Shown here: piece after piece, positions 62,243-64,000 of the stretch
Numbering within the stretch: position 1 is the stretch's first letter
How the letters are laid out: the number at the start of each line of letters is the position of its first letter
DNA from: Limnothrix sp. BL-A-16
GTDB lineage: Bacteria > Cyanobacteriota > Cyanobacteriia > CACIAM-69d
Direction: 5' to 3'
DNA: 64,000 nt
Assembly (NCBI GenBank): GCA_041937175.2
Contig: CP166615.1
Span: forward strand, 4,320,001 to 4,384,000
Translations under genes and position numbers: made by a program
Notes under the pieces: model-generated
Seen by the model: only the letters and a program-made list of their open reading frames with translations
Database searches by the model: none
Told to the model about the DNA's origin: nothing

Positions 62243-64000
62243 ATGGGCGATCGCGCGAGATGGGGACTGCTGGCGGTGCTGGTGGGTTGCGGGCTGGGGA
62301 TGGCGGTTCCTCCGGCGATCGCCCAAGACTACCGATCGCACCAAGGGCTAGTGAATTTTGCCGATTGGTGTCGGCAGCGCGATCGACTGGATCCGGCGGC
62401 GCGGCATACGGTGGGAGCTTTGTTGCGGGTGGCCAAAACCCAGGACTGTGAGCAGGCTTGGCGAAATTTGGTGGCCCTGCCGGTGTTGGATTTGTCCAAC
62501 CAAAATATTCAGGATGTCAGCCCGATCGCCGCCTTTAACCATTGGCGGGCCCTGTCGCTGCCGGGGAACCAAATTCGGGATTTGCGGCCCTTGGCGGGGA
62601 TGTCGTCCTTGCGCCAATTAATTTTGGGGTTCAATCAGGTGCAGGATCTCTCGCCCCTGAAAGACCTGAACCAGTTGGAAATGCTGGATTTGACCCGTAA
62701 TCAGATCACCGCTTTGCCCCAGGAGCCGGGGTTGGCGCGGTTGCGATCGCTGATTTTGTTGGGTAACCCCCTGCGGCAACATACCTGCCCCTTTCGGCCG
62801 ATTACGATTTGTCTGTTTGATGATCCGGGGGCCCCGTTGACGGCGCGGGCCCAGGCGGCGATCGACCAGGGCAATTGGCCCGAGGCGATCGCCCAGCTAC
62901 AACAGGCCCGCGACCAATATCAGGCCTTGGGCGATCGCTCGCGGCTCGCCAAAACTCAGGTGCAGTTGGGCAATGTGTATTTGCAATTGGGAGAATTTGC
63001 CCGAGCTTTGGAGGTGCAGCAAGCGGCCCATGGGGTAATTGCGGAAACGGGCGATCGGCCCACGATCGGGCTGGTGATGGCGAGTTTGACGGAAACCTAT
63101 GAGCGTTTGGGCCAATATCACCAGGCGGAGGCTTGGCTCGATCGGGCGATCGCCAATGCGGCTGAACAGGCCACCGCCGCGATTCCCCTGGATGGGGGGC
63201 TGTATGAACTGCCCAAACAACAGGGCTATTTAGCGGCTTGGTTATCCCAAGTGCAGTTGCGCCAGGGCAAGGCGGCCCAAGCGGTGGTTATCGCCCAGCA
63301 AGGGGTGCAATTTTATAACCTGCTACCGGAGGATTATCCCGGCAAAGCAGTGGGGATGACCAAGGCTCAGTTGATGTTGGGGGAGGCGCTGCGGGCGGTG
63401 GGTCGCCGCTCGGAGGCCCGCAACGCCCTGGAGCAGGTGCGACAGTTGGCCCAAACCCACGGCGATCGGCCCGGCGAGGCCCAAGCCTGGGAACAGTTGG
63501 CCCTGTTGGCCAATGATGCGGGCGATCGCGAGCAAGCAAGGGCTAATTTCGAGGCCGCCTTGGCCATCCATCGCGCCACGGGGGCCCGGGCCGAAGAGGG
63601 GCGGTTGTTAACCCGTTTGGGGGAATTTTATTTGGGGCAGGGGGCGGCTCCTCGGGCGATCGAGCATCTGTTTCAGGCGATCGAGCGGTGGGAATCGGTG
63701 CGGCCAGGCCTGAGCGATGACAACAAAATTGCCCTCGCCGACACCCAAGCCCAAACCTATCGCCTGTTGCAAGAGGCCTTGATTGCCCAAGGCCAGGCGG
63801 GGCAAGCCTTGGAGGTGGCGGAACGGGCCCGGGCCCGGGCCTTTGTGGAGCTGTTGGCTGCCCGATCGGGCCATTTGGCGAACCAACCCAACCCAGCGGC
63901 TAGCCCACCGCCCACCCTCAGCCAAATTCAGCAGTTAGCGCGCGATCGCCGCTTAACCTTGGTGGAATACACGATCGGCCAGCGATCGCTCCACATTTGG
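62243..64000 (+). CDS. Exported LRR + TPR protein, probably with a C-terminal CHAT protease domain (3'-truncated by the window edge)
   Basis: Partly hand-translated: signal peptide, FADWC cap, LDLSNQNIQDVSPI / NQIRDLRPLA LRRs, TPRs, then ERARARAFVELLA..TLVEY..LHIW; absent from the ORF track, consistent with having no stop in the window. Confidence 0.8.
   Translation, partial: MGDRARWGLLAVLVGCGLGMAVPPAIAQDYRSHQGLVNFADWCRQRDRLDPAARHTVGALLRVAKTQDCEQAWRNLVALPVLDLSNQNIQDVSPIAAFNHWRALSLPGNQIRDLRPLAGMSSLRQLILGFNQVQDLSPLKDLNQLEMLDLTRNQITALPQEPGLARLRSLILLGNPLRQHTCPFRPITICLFDDPGAPLTARAQAAIDQGNWPEAIAQLQQARDQYQALGDRSRLAKTQVQLGNVYLQLGEFARALEVQQAAHGVIAETGDRPTIGLVMASLTETYERLGQYHQAEAWLDRAIANAAEQATAAIPLDGGLYELPKQQGYLAAWLSQVQLRQGKAAQAVVIAQQGVQFYNLLPEDYPGKAVGMTKAQLMLGEALRAVGRRSEARNALEQVRQLAQTHGDRPGEAQAWEQLALLANDAGDREQARANFEAALAIHRATGARAEEGRLLTRLGEFYLGQGAAPRAIEHLFQAIERWESVRPGLSDDNKIALADTQAQTYRLLQEALIAQGQAGQALEVAERARARAFVELLAARSGHLANQPNPAASPPPTLSQIQQLARDRRLTLVEYTIGQRSLHIW

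Overview
Chromosomal window of a cyanobacterium. Evidence: dense HIP1 GCGATCGC octamers, NDH-1 genes ndhN/ndhQ/CRR6, PTOX, crtD, and a cyanobacterial-type rRNA operon; a Limnothrix-like identity is only an unverified impression from the 16S. Most of the window is housekeeping: priA, pheT, an SpkB-like kinase, nadC, a complete 16S-tRNAIle-23S-5S operon, sfsA, rsmB, tRNA-Val, radical SAM-rne-rnhB, crtD, a ClC channel, arsS, coaE, an HtrA protease, dtd, trhO, thrB, rbsK, a Fur/Zur regulator, purS and ubiA. Small accessory nuclease genes are interspersed: three Uma2, two HsdR_N-like PD-(D/E)XK, HNH plus partner, and Mrr-like plus TOPRIM-like. The strongest hunt results are: (1) an AT-rich nuclease+TOPRIM two-gene cassette bracketed by a 148-bp direct duplication of the crtD 3' end, with a junction in a HIP1 site and no integrase; (2) MITE-like shells with different terminal repeats that all carry the same central 20-bp palindrome, including one shell inserted exactly at the centre of another shell's palindrome; (3) a RAYT transposase with its cognate REP pair and a perfect copy of that REP centred in another inverted-repeat shell 54 kb away; (4) an orphan CIRCE upstream of a hypothetical gene; (5) a perfect HLR1 site at the crtD promoter. 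All product calls come from motif recognition by eye; no database searches were run.
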